The translations under genes were made by a program, and so were the position numbers. Positions 13,584 through 26,010 of a stretch of 64,000 nt of DNA are shown in pieces. This DNA comes from Mobula hypostoma. Taxonomy: Eukaryota. The stretch covers positions 33,296,001 to 33,360,000 of the forward strand of contig NC_086097.1 in assembly GCF_963921235.1 (NCBI RefSeq), in the 5' to 3' direction. The notes under the pieces are model-generated. The model did no database searches. It was not told the DNA's origin and was given only the letters and a program-made list of their open reading frames with translations. Positions within the stretch are counted from its first letter, which is position 1. Each line of letters opens with the position of its first letter.

Positions 13584-15400
13584 CGAGTAGGGTAAAGGAA
13601 AACCCAAGGCATTCTTCAATTATGTGAAGAACAAAAGGATGGCAGGAGTGAAGGTAGGACCGAATAGAGATAAAGGTGGGAAGATGTGCCTGGAGGCTGT
13701 GGAAGTGAACGTGGTCCTCAATGAATACTTCTCTTCGATATTCACCAATGAGAGGGAACTTGATGACAGTGAGGACAGTATGAATGAGGTTGATGTTCTG
13801 GAGCATGTTGATATTAAGTGAGAGGAGGTGTTGGAGTTGTTAAAATACATTAGGATGGATAAATCCCGGGGGCCTGACGGAATATTCCCCAGGCTGCTCC
13901 ACAAGGCGAGGGAAGAGATTGCTGAGCCTCTGGCTAGGATCTTTATGTCCCCATTGTCCACGGGAATGGTACCGGAGGATTAGAGGGAGGCGAGTGTTGT
14001 CGCCTTGTTCAAAAAAGGTAGTAGGGATAGTCCGGGTAATTATAGACCAGTGAGCCTTACGTCTGTGGTGGGAAAGCTGTTGGAAAAGATTCTTAGAGAT
14101 AGGATCTATGGGCATTTAGAGAATCATGGTCTGATCAGGGACAGTCAGCATGGCTTTGTGAAGGGCAGATCGTGTCTAAAAGCCTGATAGAGTTCTTTGA
14201 GGAGGTGACCAGGCATATAGATGAGGGTAGTGCAGTGGATGTGATCTGCATGGATTTTAGTAAGGCATTTGACAAGGTTCCACACGGTAGGCTTATTGAG
14301 AAAGTCAGAAAGCATGGGATCCAGGGAAGTTTGGCCAGGTGGATTCAGAATTGGCTTACCTGCAGAAGGCAGAGGGTTGTGGTGGAGGGAGTACATTCAG
14401 ATTGGAGGGTGACTAGTGGAGTCCCACAAGGATTGGTTCTGAGACCTCTACTTTTCGTGATTTTTATTAATGACCTGGATGTGGGGTAGAAGGGTGGGTT
14501 GGCAAGTTTGCAGACGACACAATGGTTGGTGGTGTTGTGGATAGTGTAGAGGATTGTCGAAGATTGCAGAGAGACATTGATAGGATGCAGAAGTGGGCTG
14601 AGAAGTGGCAGATGGAGTTCAACCCGGAGAAGTGTGAGGTGGTACGTTTTGGAAGGACAAACTCCAAGGCAGAGTACAAAATAAATGGCAGGATACTTGG
14701 TAGTGTGGAGGAGCAGAGGGATCTGGGGGTACATGTCCACAGATCCCTGAAAGTTGTCTCACAGGTAGATAGGGTAGTTAAGAAAGCTTATGGGATGTTA
14801 GCTTTCATAAGTCAAGGGATAGAGTTTAAGAGCCGCGATGTAATGATGCAGCTCTATAAAACTCTGGTTAGGCCACACTTGGAGTACTGTGTCCAGTTCT
14901 GATCACCTCACTATAGGAAGGATGTGGAAGCATTGGAAAGGGTACAGAGGAGATTTACCAGGATGCTGCCTGGTTTAGAGAGTATGCATTATGATCAGAG
15001 ATTAAGGGAGCTAGGGCTTTACTCTTTGGAGAGAAGGAGGATGAGAGGAGACATGATAGAGGTGTACAAGATAATAAGAGGAATAGATAGAGTGGATAGC
15101 CAGCGCCTCTTCCCCAGGGCACCACTGCTCAATACAAGAGGACATGGCTTTAAGGTAAGGGGTGGGAAGTTCAAGGGGGATATTAGAGGAAGGTTTTTTA
15201 CTCAGAGAGTGGTTGGTGTGTGGAATGCACTGCCTGAGTCAGTGGTGAAGGCAGATACACTAGTGAAGTTTAAGAGACTTAAAGAGACAGGTATGTGGAG
15301 GATTTTAAGGTGGGGGGTTATATGGGAGGCAGGGTTTGAGGGTCGGCACAACATTGTGGGCCGAAGGGCCTGTATTGCTGTACTATTCTATGTTCTATGT
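13584..15400 (+). mobile_element. Young CR1 LINE copy 1, 5'-truncated, ORF2 disrupted
   Basis: [71 protein letters not shown]; tail ttctatgttctatgtt; several stops and frameshifts. Confidence 0.95.
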
Positions 15401-15644
15401 TCACTTGCCAGCTCTTTCTCCATCCCATTCCCTCACCTCTTTATACTGGCTGCCCACCTTCAGCTGTTGTTGTCCTGATAAAGGGTCTTGACCGAAATAG
15501 ATCATAGAACTTTATTGCCCTTTGGTCCACAATGTTATTCCAGCCTTACAACCTACTCCAGGAATAATCTAACTTGTCCCTCTTACATAGCTCTCCAGTT
15601 TTTTTTTTATCAAATATTAACTCAGCATTTCCCTCCAACAGATA

Positions 15645-16108
15645 ATGGAAATGAAGGGATTAACTTATGGTAAATGTTTGATGGCCCTGGGCCTGTACTC
15701 ACTGGAGTTTAGAAGAATGAGTGGGGATCTCATTGAAATCTATCGAATATTCAAAAGCCTCGATAGAGTAGATGTGGAAAGGATGTTTCTTAAAATGGAG
15801 GAGACTAGGACCAGAGGCCACAGCCTCAGAATAGAAGGATGTTCCTTTAGAATAGAGATGAGGAGGAGTTTCTTTAGCCAGAGGGTGGTGAATCTGTGGA
15901 ATTGATTGGCACGAATGGCTGTGGGGACAAAGTCATTGGGTATATTTAAAGAGGAGTTTGATGGGTTCTTGATTAGTAAGAACATCAAAGGTTGCCGGAA
16001 GAAGACGGGAAAGTGGGATTGAGAGATAATAAATCAGCCATGATGGAATGGCAGAGCAGACTTGATGGACCAAATGGCCTAATTCTGCTCCTGTTTCTTA
16101 TGGTCTTG
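15645..16108 (+). mobile_element. CR1 LINE 3' fragment
   Basis: ORF LMALGLYSLEFRRMSGDLIEIY...FFSQRVVNLWN. Confidence 0.85.
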
Positions 16109-16969
16109 TACTGCCTGACCTCCTGAGTTCCTGCAGCATCTTGTTTTTTAGTTATTGAAGTAGAATTTGTGTTTGTTTAAATCACTGGTGCAACTGTCCC
16201 CTGGCCCTTTTAATGTAAGGTCAGTAAGCATTCGATTAAATATCTCTTTGAGGCCAAAAAAACAACCCAACAGGAAACATGGTTCATCCTTGGCCATCAA
16301 GAGAAGTCAATGTTCATAGTAGGCTTATACGCTGCCAAAAAAAGCAGTAAGCTTAGGGTTGGAAATGTTTCACAATTCAGCAGAGGAGGGCCACAACACT
16401 GATAAGGAAGGGAAAAAGTAAAATGTAAGAGAAGGGTCATGAGAAACATAAAAAACAAACCATAAGAGTTTTGTTAGGTATGTAAATAGTAAAGATTAGC
16501 AAAAGTTAACATGGATCCGTTACAATGAGGTATAAGAGAAACTACACAAAGCAATAAAGATCCAATATTCATTTTCATCTTCATGGGAGAATTTGCAGAA
16601 AGCCTCTGGGAAAGAGTGGAGATCAACAAGTCTGCAATGAATAAGGAACTCAAAAATTGGCATCAATAGAGAACTAGTACTGAAATAACTATGGTCTTGA
16701 CTTTATGACTTTGCTCCTTATTGTCTTCCTACACTGCACTTTTCCTGTAACTGTTACACATATTCTGCACTCTTTTGTTGTTTTACCTTGTACTCCTCAG
16801 TGCATTGTGTAATGCATTGATCAGTATGGAGGGTATGCAAGACAAGTTTTCAACCATGCCTCAGGACACATGACAAAACAAAACCCATTTACCAATTTAA
16901 TAAGACTGTAAAGTGATAAATCTTCAGGATCTGAGGACCAGAACCCTGGGCTTTTAACATACATTATAG

Positions 16970-17850
16970 ATTCGCTCTGGAGAGCGTCATCGTACTCCAG
17001 GTCAGACGAGAGATAACCCAGGTCAGGTTTCAGACCACAGTACCCAGGTAGATTCTTCGCATGATGGCGGTGGTGAGGAGGTAGAGAAGAAGAGGAAGGT
17101 CAAGTGGCCAGCAATGGCAGATGAGAAGGCTTGGCGTGTATTTGATGAGGATATCAGTATGATGTTGGAGAACACTCTCAGGGGAACATCAAAGAGAAAG
17201 TTGGAAGTGATGGGCGATATGATTTATGATGTTGGAAAATACCAGATGTAATCGTATGGTCTGACACCAGTAGAGACACCAGTGGTGAACTCACAGTCCT
17301 CTGGGAAGACAACATCGATGAAGCCCATGAACGCAAGTTAACCAAGTATGCAGAGTTAAGATCAGAGTGCAGAGACAGAGGGTGGAAGGTCTCATGCTAT
17401 CCATTTGAAGTAGGCTGCCGTGGGTTTATTGCGTTCACTCTCCAGAAGTGGCTGCGTGACCTTGGCTTCACTAGAAGAGGGATCAAGTCAACCAGCAGGG
17501 CTGTAGCTGAGGCAGCAGAGAAAGGATCAGCATGGGTGTGGACCAAGTATGTCCTGAGGGGCAGATAGTCAGACAGTGTATACATATCTTGCAAACCCTT
17601 CAGTAGTTGCATAGACACCTGAAGAGTAGACTATCTGTTGGATGGAAGCGACCAACAACTCTGATAGAGGCAGATGCCAAGTTTTTAAGCTCACCAGTGG
17701 GAGGTGGTGCTTTAGCACTGCTGGCCCACCACCTCGAGGAAGTCTTGATCATAAGCGGGCCGAAACTCCTGAAGACAGGTGGCAGATCAACTGATGATCC
17801 CACTGGTGATAGCACAGGACAGTTAACATCTTAGTCCACGTGTATATTGT
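16970..17850 (+). mobile_element. Internally deleted HERO-like (RLE-endonuclease) non-LTR retrotransposon
   Basis: Manual translation: KVKWPAMADEKAWRVFDEDISMMLENTLRGTSKRKLEVMGDMIY, then in another frame (17242-17568) PDVIVWS...ELTVLWEDNIDEAHERKLTKYAELRSECRDRGW...PFEVGCRGF...AEAAEKGSAWVW, a PD..E..K restriction-like endonuclease. Confidence 0.8.
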
Positions 17851-17854
17851 AACT

Positions 17855-18670
17855 CTTAGAACACTACAGTACAGTGTAGGCAGGCCAGCCAATGGTGCTG
17901 TCCCAATCTTTTAACTTAGTCAACAATCAATCTAACCCTTTCCTCCTGTATAACTTTCCGTTTTTCTGTCAGCCATGTGCCCATCTAAGAGTTTCTTAAA
18001 TGCCCCTAATGTATCTGCCTCTACTGCCACTCCTGGCAGGGCATTCCATGCATGTGCCACTCTCTGTGTGAAAAAACCTCTGACATCCCCTCTGTACTGT
18101 CCTCAAATTGCCTTAAAGTTATACCCCCTTGTATTAGCCATTTCCACCCTGGGAAAAAGTCTCTGGCTATCCAGTCGATTGATGCCTCTTAAATCGCATA
18201 TAACATCAGTTGAAGATACTGTACAGGCAGAGAAATGGCTAATGGTATGACGTACTTGCCTTCATTGGACAGGGTGTTGAGTATAAAAGTCGGGAAGTCA
18301 TGTTGCAGCTGTATAAAACTTTGGAGAGGCCACGTTTGTAAATTGCATTCAGTTCTGCTCATCGCACTACAGGCTTGAGAGAGGGTGCAGAAGAGGGTCA
18401 CCAGGATGCTGCCACGATTAGAAAGCATGAGCTATCAGGGAAGCTTGGATGAACTTAGATTGTTTTCTCTGGAGTATCAGAGGCTCGGGGGAGACCTGAT
18501 AGAAGAGTATAAAATTATGAGAGGCGTAGATCGGGTAGACAATCATTTTTGCAGGGTGGAAATACAAGATAATAAAATGCTAGAGAGCCTGGCTCTAAGG
18601 TGAGATGTGAAAGTTCTTTTTTAATGAAGTTTATTTTTGCACAGCAATTGCTGGGTGTCTGGAACACAGT
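17855..18670. mobile_element. Two abutting CR1 3' fragments in opposite orientation (about 17855-18190 -, about 18190-18670 +)
   Basis: + ORF QKRVTRMLPRLESMSY...GDLIEEYKIMRGVDRVD; the minus part contains FTQRV and the 3' UTR. Confidence 0.7.
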
Positions 18671-18743
18671 TAGGATAGGAGGTGGAAGCTTACTCAATCT
18701 ATCCTGGCATGGATCAAAGGTAGGCAGAACACAGGGAAAAGAT

Positions 18744-18929
18744 GAACGCAGCAGGCCGGACAGCATCCATAGGAAGAAGCACAGTTGATGTTTCAGGCCG
18801 AGACCCTTCGAAGGGTCTGGGCCTGAAACGTCAACTGTGCTTCTTCCTATGGATGCTGTCTGGCCTGCTGCGTTCCACCAGCATTTAGCTTGTGTTGCTT
18901 GAATTTCCAGCATCTGCAGATTGCCTCGT
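18744..18929. mobile_element. Palindromic (fold-back) PLE-derived mini-insertion
   Basis: 66-bp inverted arms without spacer (18744-18875), then the PLE tail; TSD gaaaag(a/g)tgaac at 18736-18747 and 18930-18941. Confidence 0.85.
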
Positions 18930-19941
18930 GAAAAGGTGAACTGGCGGTTTTCAGTTTCCAGGTAGGCACTTTGTCAGCATGAAGGAGGTGGACAGAAATG
19001 CTTGTTTCCATGCTGTATAGCTCTATGATATAATTACAGAAGTGCTCCAAGCTCTGGCGAGACTGTATTTGGAATACTGTGTAGAGATCCAGTCTCCCTA
19101 CCTAAGGAACGATATACTTGTGATGGATGGACACAGGACTAGTTCCTGAAATAAGAAATTGCTGGAGGAACTCAGGGGTGAGGCCACATTCACGGAGGGA
19201 GAAGGGCAGTCAACGGGTCAGGTTGTGATGCTGTATTAAGATGTGATCGACCTGCTAAGTTCCTTCGGCAGTTTGTGTGTTGCAGCTTCTCATGCTGAGA
19301 CTGCTCGGAGGGCAAGGAAACATTCGGCAGATGAAGTCTGTATCTCAGGTGTGTATCAGCATGAGTGGTGACCTCACTGAAATGTACACAGTTCTTAGCA
19401 AGCTCACTGCACAAAGTGTTCCAACTGGCCAAATTGTCTACAATCAGGAGTGACAGCCCTAGCATAAGGCCTGACCATTCTATATGGAGATGAAAGAAAT
19501 ACCTTTAGCCCAGTGAATCTGTGAAATTCTCTACCCAAGGCTGTGATGTTCACTCAATGGATAAAGTCAGAACAGAGCTCGATTGTTTTTATATATCATG
19601 GATCAAAGAGTACATTGTTCGTGCACAGAAGTTGTATGAGGCACATCAGCCATGATCTTGTTGACATTTCTATGCTGTCTGTTAGCAGAACTGAGGGCTG
19701 GTAATTTTCAGTGTGTTCACATAGTTCCTGCTGCAACTTTAAACACCTATGCTGGCATGTGCGTTTGCATCCATTTATTGGACCATTGATGTTCTTTCGC
19801 TGTAGTGGGGTGGAGAGACCCTGGTCCCAAGAATGGGCTGAACTCTAGATGTTCCATCAATAAAAATAATGGGTCCAACACTGACCATCTTAGGCTCTGC
19901 CACATGCACAGGTGCCACACTGACCATGTCTGTAGTGCACT

Positions 19942-20021
19942 AGTTGTGGTCACTCTGTAGTGAGCAGGGATTGTGGTCACTCTGTATGGAACAAGGGTTG
20001 TGAGTCAGTTAGTGGTCACTG
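19942..20021. repeat. Degenerate tandem repeat of about 27 bp
   Basis: ttgtggtcactctgta occurs twice, followed by a third gtggtcact. Confidence 0.6.
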
Positions 20022-21014
20022 GATGGAATTTTGCGTGGTGGTATGAATTGAGTGATGCTGATATAACGGGACATGTTGTTCCCTGTATTTGCGCTGAAGG
20101 GTGTTGTTTGCTCAGAGCCCTGTACTGCCTGCTGTGGTGGTGATATACAATGTGAGCATAGCCCACAATGGTGGATTTTCTCAATCCAGCTGCATGCTGC
20201 TGAAGGTGGGGAGTTTAGGTCATCCCGGGGTTCTGAGGTTGAGAAAGCAGCAGCAAGAACTTCAAGGAGTTTCAAAGTGTTGTTGACCAAGAGCATGGGG
20301 TCAGTGGAGCCACTATGTAGAAACAAGCAGCACTCAAGCACAGAGTTCACAGAAGTTTCATCTGCAGCCCAATCCCATTCACTGGCCAGCCTCACACAGA
20401 GCGAGGCAAGGGTGCTCGTGAAGAGAGGAGAGCAGAAGGAAGGTGAGGTCCAGGAAAATAAGCTCGAGGCTGTTACAGTCTGACAGGCTATGTCAAAGCG
20501 GGGGTGCGAGTCGCAGTCTCTGTTTGCTAAAGTCTGCAAGGAAAAGACGTTCAGGAAAATTGCTTCAATTGCAGAGTTTCCAGAGAGCAAATGGAGAGCA
20601 GTTTTTGGAAAGGCTGTCAGGAAATTCCAGAAAACAAAAGCATTATGTTTCCACGAATTGGTTTTTTGGGAACATGGCTGAAAGCTGGGAAAAAATCTGG
20701 CTCACAGAAGCAGCACAAGGTTGAAAGTTCAGCTGGTGTAAAGCTCCGAGCTTCTGCCACTAGGTCCAATGCTGGGCAGCTCTTGCGCTGGCACAGGACA
20801 GAGCCGGATACAGATTGTGCTGCAGGGACAATCCCACATACATAGGTATAGGTACACATATACATACACACACACACACAGAAGGCCACTAACTCATAGT
20901 TATCTTGATTTCTTCACTCCCCTCACTCAATGTGCAGAGAATGCACTGCTCTCCACTTTCTCGGCATTAATCGCAACCTCACCATCAAACCCATAGCACG
21001 GTTGGCCTGTTGGG

Positions 21015-21146
21015 GTCTGGCAGTCTAACCTCCTCCATGTAAAGGGCAGATGGCAACTTTAGACACCTCCTCACACCAAACCCTGGACCAGAACCCTGCC
21101 ACAGTCTCCATAGACCTCATCGCTTCCGGAGATCTTCCAACTACAA
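21015..21146 (+). mobile_element. Old PLE RT-region fragment
   Basis: gacacctcctc...gacctcatcgcttccggagatcttcca resembles the N-terminal RT region of the PLE at about 60730-60870 (reverse strand). Confidence 0.5.
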
Positions 21147-21341
21147 TATGACTTTTCTGTAAACTCCTGTCTCTTGCACAAATATCCAGCTTGTTTTCAC
21201 AACATAGGTTAGGTCCCCAAGTTACCTGGGGAGATAGCTGGGATCCAGGGAGAAAGGACAGAAAAGGTTCATTGAATCCTTAAGAGTAAAGACAAGCAGG
21301 ATACAGTTTGATCTTAATTCTGAGATTGTTTCATAGTACAA

Positions 21342-22000
21342 GTTTCAAAGTGCATTGATTATCTAAGTATGTATACATTATTCAACCTTGTGATTTGTCT
21401 CCCAACAGGCAACCACAAAACAAAAAAACCCAAAAGAACCTATTAAAAATAAGAAGGCAGTCAAATACCCAATATGCAGAGAGAAAAAAGTACAAATCAT
21501 GCAAACAATAGACACGAGCAAATAGCTTTCTGAACTGAAGTCCACAAAGAGAGTCATCTACAGACCCTTAGTTCAGTGCAAGCCGAGCAGTAAGCTGAAC
21601 TGGCCTGTCCTGTGCCTCAGGCCCTGATGCCTAAGTCCTTTTCAATCTGACCTAGTGCTTAAAACATCATCCAAACATCAGATTCAGTCGCTTCGATACA
21701 CCTCTAGGGCTTGGATCCCACTGCCTCAATTCGCCCTGTACCCAATCTTTCCAATTTGGCCTGGTGCTTAAATCGATCAAACCTCAGGTCTTTTTCACTC
21801 TTGGCAACAGGCTCACTGCCTCGCCTCACCTCGGTTCTCCCAAAAAGAATTACCTCCAAGTCCAAAGGGAGGTTACAGGCTACTGTTTGCGAAGATCGCT
21901 TACCAGAAAGAGTGACTAACAAATTATTTAGTTGTTGTCTTTGTTTTATTGGCCACCAGCCAGAAGTCACTGAGATTCACCAGCGCTGTCTTAGACCAGA
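21342..22000 (-). mobile_element. Probable non-autonomous LINE-derived element
   Basis: The minus strand starts tctaagacagcgctgg (like the aagatggcg LINE 5' ends) and ends in a Rex1-like A/T-rich 3' tail; no RT coding capacity seen. Confidence 0.4.
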
Positions 22001-22644
22001 ATTGTTTATGACATGGGCAGCACCGATTCTCCATCCCTAATGCTTGGGCTGATGGTCTTGCATCATCTTTCTGAACTGTTATCCCACAAAGCTGTTGGGA
22101 TGGCAGATGATGGATTTGAAGGATGGCAATAAAGAAGTCTTAGTCAGCTGCTGCATCATACTTTGTGAATGATATCCAGCAGCCATAGTGGTAGGAAATG
22201 AGCTTTTAGAGCTGTGGCTCGGTTGTTGACAGGCAGATTATTTAGTCCTGGTTGGCACTGAGTTTATTAAGTCTTCCTGGCGCTGTACAAAATTCCCTTT
22301 AAAACGCCTTCCTCTCACTTTAAAACCTATGCCCTCTTGTTTTTCAGAAGCAAAATCAGAATCAGATTACTGACATGTGTCATGAGACATGTTGTGTGGC
22401 AGCCGTGCAGTGTAATACATAGAAATAATTGCTGTAAGTTACAATAAAAACTAAAATAAATAAAGGAAAATAGGAATAGTGAGGTAGTGTTCATGAGTTC
22501 ATGGACCGTTCAGAAATCATGAACACTAGCTCACTATTCCTCGTTGAAGTAAGGGGAATGTTTTTTATACACACAGGGAATGGTTGATATCTAGAACTCA
22601 CTGCCAGAGGAGATGCTCAAGTCAGATGCTGTACAATCACTACA

Positions 22645-23290
22645 TAGAACATGGAACAGGACAACACCAGAGCAGTCCCTTCAGCCCACAATATCTGTGC
22701 CAACGACACTTTCAAAGCATTAGCTCAATCACTTCTAAGCGCGTTTCAGGCACCTACCACTCTCTAAAAAAATTTTGCCTTGTGAATCTGTTTTAAACTT
22801 TCCCTTCTCACCTTAAAGTTTGACCTATAATATTTGATATTTCAACCCTGAGAGAATGGGTAGACAGTTATAGTCTATCTGTGCCTCTCAGAATTTCATA
22901 TATTTTGGCCAGGTCTCCCCCCCAGCCTTTGACAGTCCAGTGAACACAGTCCAAGTTTAGCCAGCCTCTCCTGATCACACATGCTCTTTAGTCCAGGCAA
23001 CATCCTAGTAAACCTCTCTGCACTCTCTCTAAAGCCTCCACATCCTTCCTGTAATGGGGTGACCAGAACTTCACTCAAAACTCCCAAGTTTGTGCCTTTT
23101 ATACAGCTGCAACATGACTTCACTATTTTTACATTCAACGCCACTACCCCAATGAAAGCAGGCCATGTCATATTCCTACTTCACCATCTCATCTATCTAT
23201 GTTGCCACTTTCAGGGAGTAGTGGACTTGAACACCAAGATCCCTCTGTACTTCAGTGCTCTTAGGAGTGCTACCACTTACTGTGTGCCTT
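22645..23290 (-). mobile_element. CR1 LINE 3' fragment
   Basis: ORF ...ERFTRMLPGLKSMCDQERLAKLGLCSL. Confidence 0.8.
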
Positions 23291-23429
23291 CCTCCTACCT
23301 GCAGGGTGTGTCTTTTACACAGAGTGGTGGGGGTGTGGAGCTGGCTGCCAGGGGTACTGATAGTGGCATTTAAAAAGCTGTTAGACACACGAACAGGCAG
23401 GAAATGGAAGGATATGGATCTTGTACATG

Positions 23430-24490
23430 CAACACACATCAAAGTTGCTGGTGAACGCAGCAGGCCGGCAGCATCTCTAGGAAGAGGTACAGTCGACGTT
23501 TCAGGCCGAGAGCCCTCGTCAGGACTAACTGAAGGAAGAGTTAGTAGAGATTTGAAAGTGTGAGGGGGAGGGGGAGATCCAAAATGATAGGAGAAGACAG
23601 GAGGGGGAGGGATGGAGCCGAGAGCTGGACAGGTGATAGGCAAAAGGGGATATGAGAGGATCATGGGACAGGAGGTCCGGGAAGAAAGACAGGGGGGGGG
23701 GACCTAGAGGATGGGCAAGGGGTATAGTCAGAGGGACAGAGGGAGAAAAAGGAGAGTGAGAGAAAGATTATGTGTATAAAAATAAATAACAGATGAGGTA
23801 CGCGGGGGAGGTGGGGCATTAGCGGAAGTTAGAGAAGTCGATGTTCATGCCATCAGGTTGGAGGCTACCCAGACGGAATATAAGGTGTTGTTCCTCCAAC
23901 CTGAGTGTGGCTTCATCTTTACAGTAGAGGAGGCAGTGGATTACATGTCAGAATGGGAATGGGATGTGGAATTAAAATGTGTGGCCACTGGGAGATCCTG
24001 CTTTCTCTGGCGGACAGAGCGTAGGTGTTCAGCAAAGCGGTCTCCCAGTCTGCGTCGGGTCTCGCCAATATATAGAAGGCCACATCAGGAGTACCGGACG
24101 CAGTATATCACCCCAGCCGACTCACAGGTGAAGTGTCGCCTCACCTGGAAGGACTGTTTGGGGCCCTGAATGGTGGTAAGGGAGGAAGTGTAAGGGCATG
24201 TGTAGCACTTGTTCCTGTCCCATGATCCTCTCGTATCCCTTTTGCCAATCACCTGTCCAGCTCTTGGTTCCATCCCTCCCCCTCCTGTCTTCTCCTATCA
24301 TTTTGGATCTCCCCTCCCCCTCCCACTTTCAAATCTCTTACTAACTCTTCCTTCAGTCAGTCCTGACGAGGGGTCTCGGCCTGAAACGTCGACTGTACCT
24401 CTTCCTAGAGATGCTGCCTGGCCTGCTGCATTCACCAGCAACTTTGATGTGTGTTGCTTGAATTTCCAGCATCTGCAGAATTCTTGTTGT
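23430..24490. mobile_element. PLE insertion with inverted pLTR arms (minus copy with GIY-YIG remnant 23430-24212, plus copy 24213-24490)
   Basis: ORF KCYTCPYTSSLTTIQGPKQSFQVRRHFTCESAGVIYCVRYS; arms of about 245 bp; TSD tcttgtacatg at 23419-23429 and 24491-24501; hammerhead motifs at 23491-23526 (-) and 24358-24395 (+). Confidence 0.9.
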
Positions 24491-24629
24491 TCTTGTACAT
24501 GTAGATATTTTTCTGTGTTCTATGTTCCATAAGACATAGCAGCAGACTTAGGCCATTCAGCCCATTGAGTCTACTCTGCCATTGCATAATGTTCTATTTG
24601 ACCTTCCAAAGTTTAACACCTTATACTTA

Positions 24630-24960
24630 AAGATAAAAATTAGCTTTATTTGTCACATGTACACCAAAACATTGAAACATACAGTGAAGTGCATTGTTTG
24701 TGTCAATGACTAGCACAGACCAAGGATGTGCTGGGCGTAGTCCACAAATATTGTCATGCTTCTAGTGTCAACATAGTATACCCACAACTTACTAATCCAA
24801 ACCGTACATCTTTGGAACGTGGGAGGAAATCAGGGCACCCGGAGGAAACCCACTCGGTCACAGTGAGAACATGCAAACTGTTTATAGACATGGTGGGAAT
24901 CAAACCCCAATCATTCCAGCTGCAAAGTGTTATGCTAGCTGTTATGCTTCCATGCCACCT
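24630..24960 (-). mobile_element. V-SINE/HE1-like SINE
   Basis: The minus strand reads gtgaccgagtgggtttcctccgggtgccctgatttcctcccacgttccaaagatgtacgg. Confidence 0.75.
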
Positions 24961-25104
24961 AGGTGTCCTATTTGAACTCCATCTGCCTTTTCTCTGCCCA
25001 CATTCCCAAATGATGCATCTCCAGCTGAATCCTTTGGTAACCTCACTCAATATCCACAACTCTGCCAATTTTTATGTCACCTGCAAGCTTACTAATGAGC
25101 CTAC

Positions 25105-26010
25105 TGCAACACACACAAAATACTGGAGGAGCTCAGCAGATCAGGCAGCATCTATGGAAATGTCGACATTTTGGGTCAAGACCCTTCTACAGGACTAGAA
25201 AAGAAAGGGGAAGATGCTAGAATCAAAAGGTAGGGGAGGGGAAAGAGTCTGACTAGAAGGTGATAGGTGCAGCCAGATGTGTGGGAAAGCTCAAGAGCTG
25301 GAGAAGAAGAAGGAATCTGACAGGAAAGAAGAGTAGACCATGGTATAAAGGGAAGGAGGAGGGGACCCAGGGGGAAGTAATGGACAGGTGAGAACAGGTA
25401 AGAGGCCAGAGTGGGAATAGAGGAAGACGGGAGCAGGGAGGGTGTGTTTTTTACTAGAAGAAGAAATCAATATTCATGCCATCAGGTTGGAGGCAACCAG
25501 ATGGGATATAAGGTGTTGCTCCTTCATCCTGAGGGTGGCCTCATCTTGCCACAAGAGGCCAGGGAGTGATATGTTAGAATGGGAATGGCGGTCTGAATTA
25601 AAATGTTTGGCCACCGGGAAGTTCCACTTGTGGCAGCTGGAGCAGAGGTGCTTAACAAAGCCATTCCCCAGTTAATGCAGGTCTCACCAGTGTAGAGGAG
25701 GCAACATGTAGAGTGTAGAGGAAGCACCAGACACAATAGCCAACCCCAGCAGATTGGCAGGCGAAGTGTTGCTTCACCTGGAAGGACTGTTTGGGGCCCT
25801 GAACAGAGTATATGGGCAGGTGTTGCTGTTAGACCACTTGCCAGAAGGGAGATTAGTGAGGAGGAACAAATGGTCAAGGGAATCACGAAGGGAGCGATCC
25901 TTGTGGAATTGGAAGAGGTAAATAAATGCTTAATGGTAGGATCCCTTTGGAGATGGCAGAAGTTGCAGAGGCTGATGTGTTGGATACAGAGGCCGATGGG
26001 GTGGTAGGAT
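25105..26010 (-). mobile_element. Older PLE fragment (GIY-YIG region plus pLTR) inside a CR1 fragment
   Basis: ggccccaaacagtccttccaggtg (GPKQSFQV) and LLYTGET on the minus strand; degenerate hammerhead near 25160-25197. Confidence 0.75.

Noticed and set aside
17755..17802. GAAA...CTGATGA in the HERO 3' UTR as a type II hammerhead
   Set aside because: The bases flanking the boxes cannot close stem II, and no suitable stem I/III with NUH is evident.
20009..20889. Overlapping long ORFs on both strands as a host gene
   Set aside because: No recognisable domain, several starts are non-ATG or lie in a CA microsatellite, and there is no convincing exon structure.
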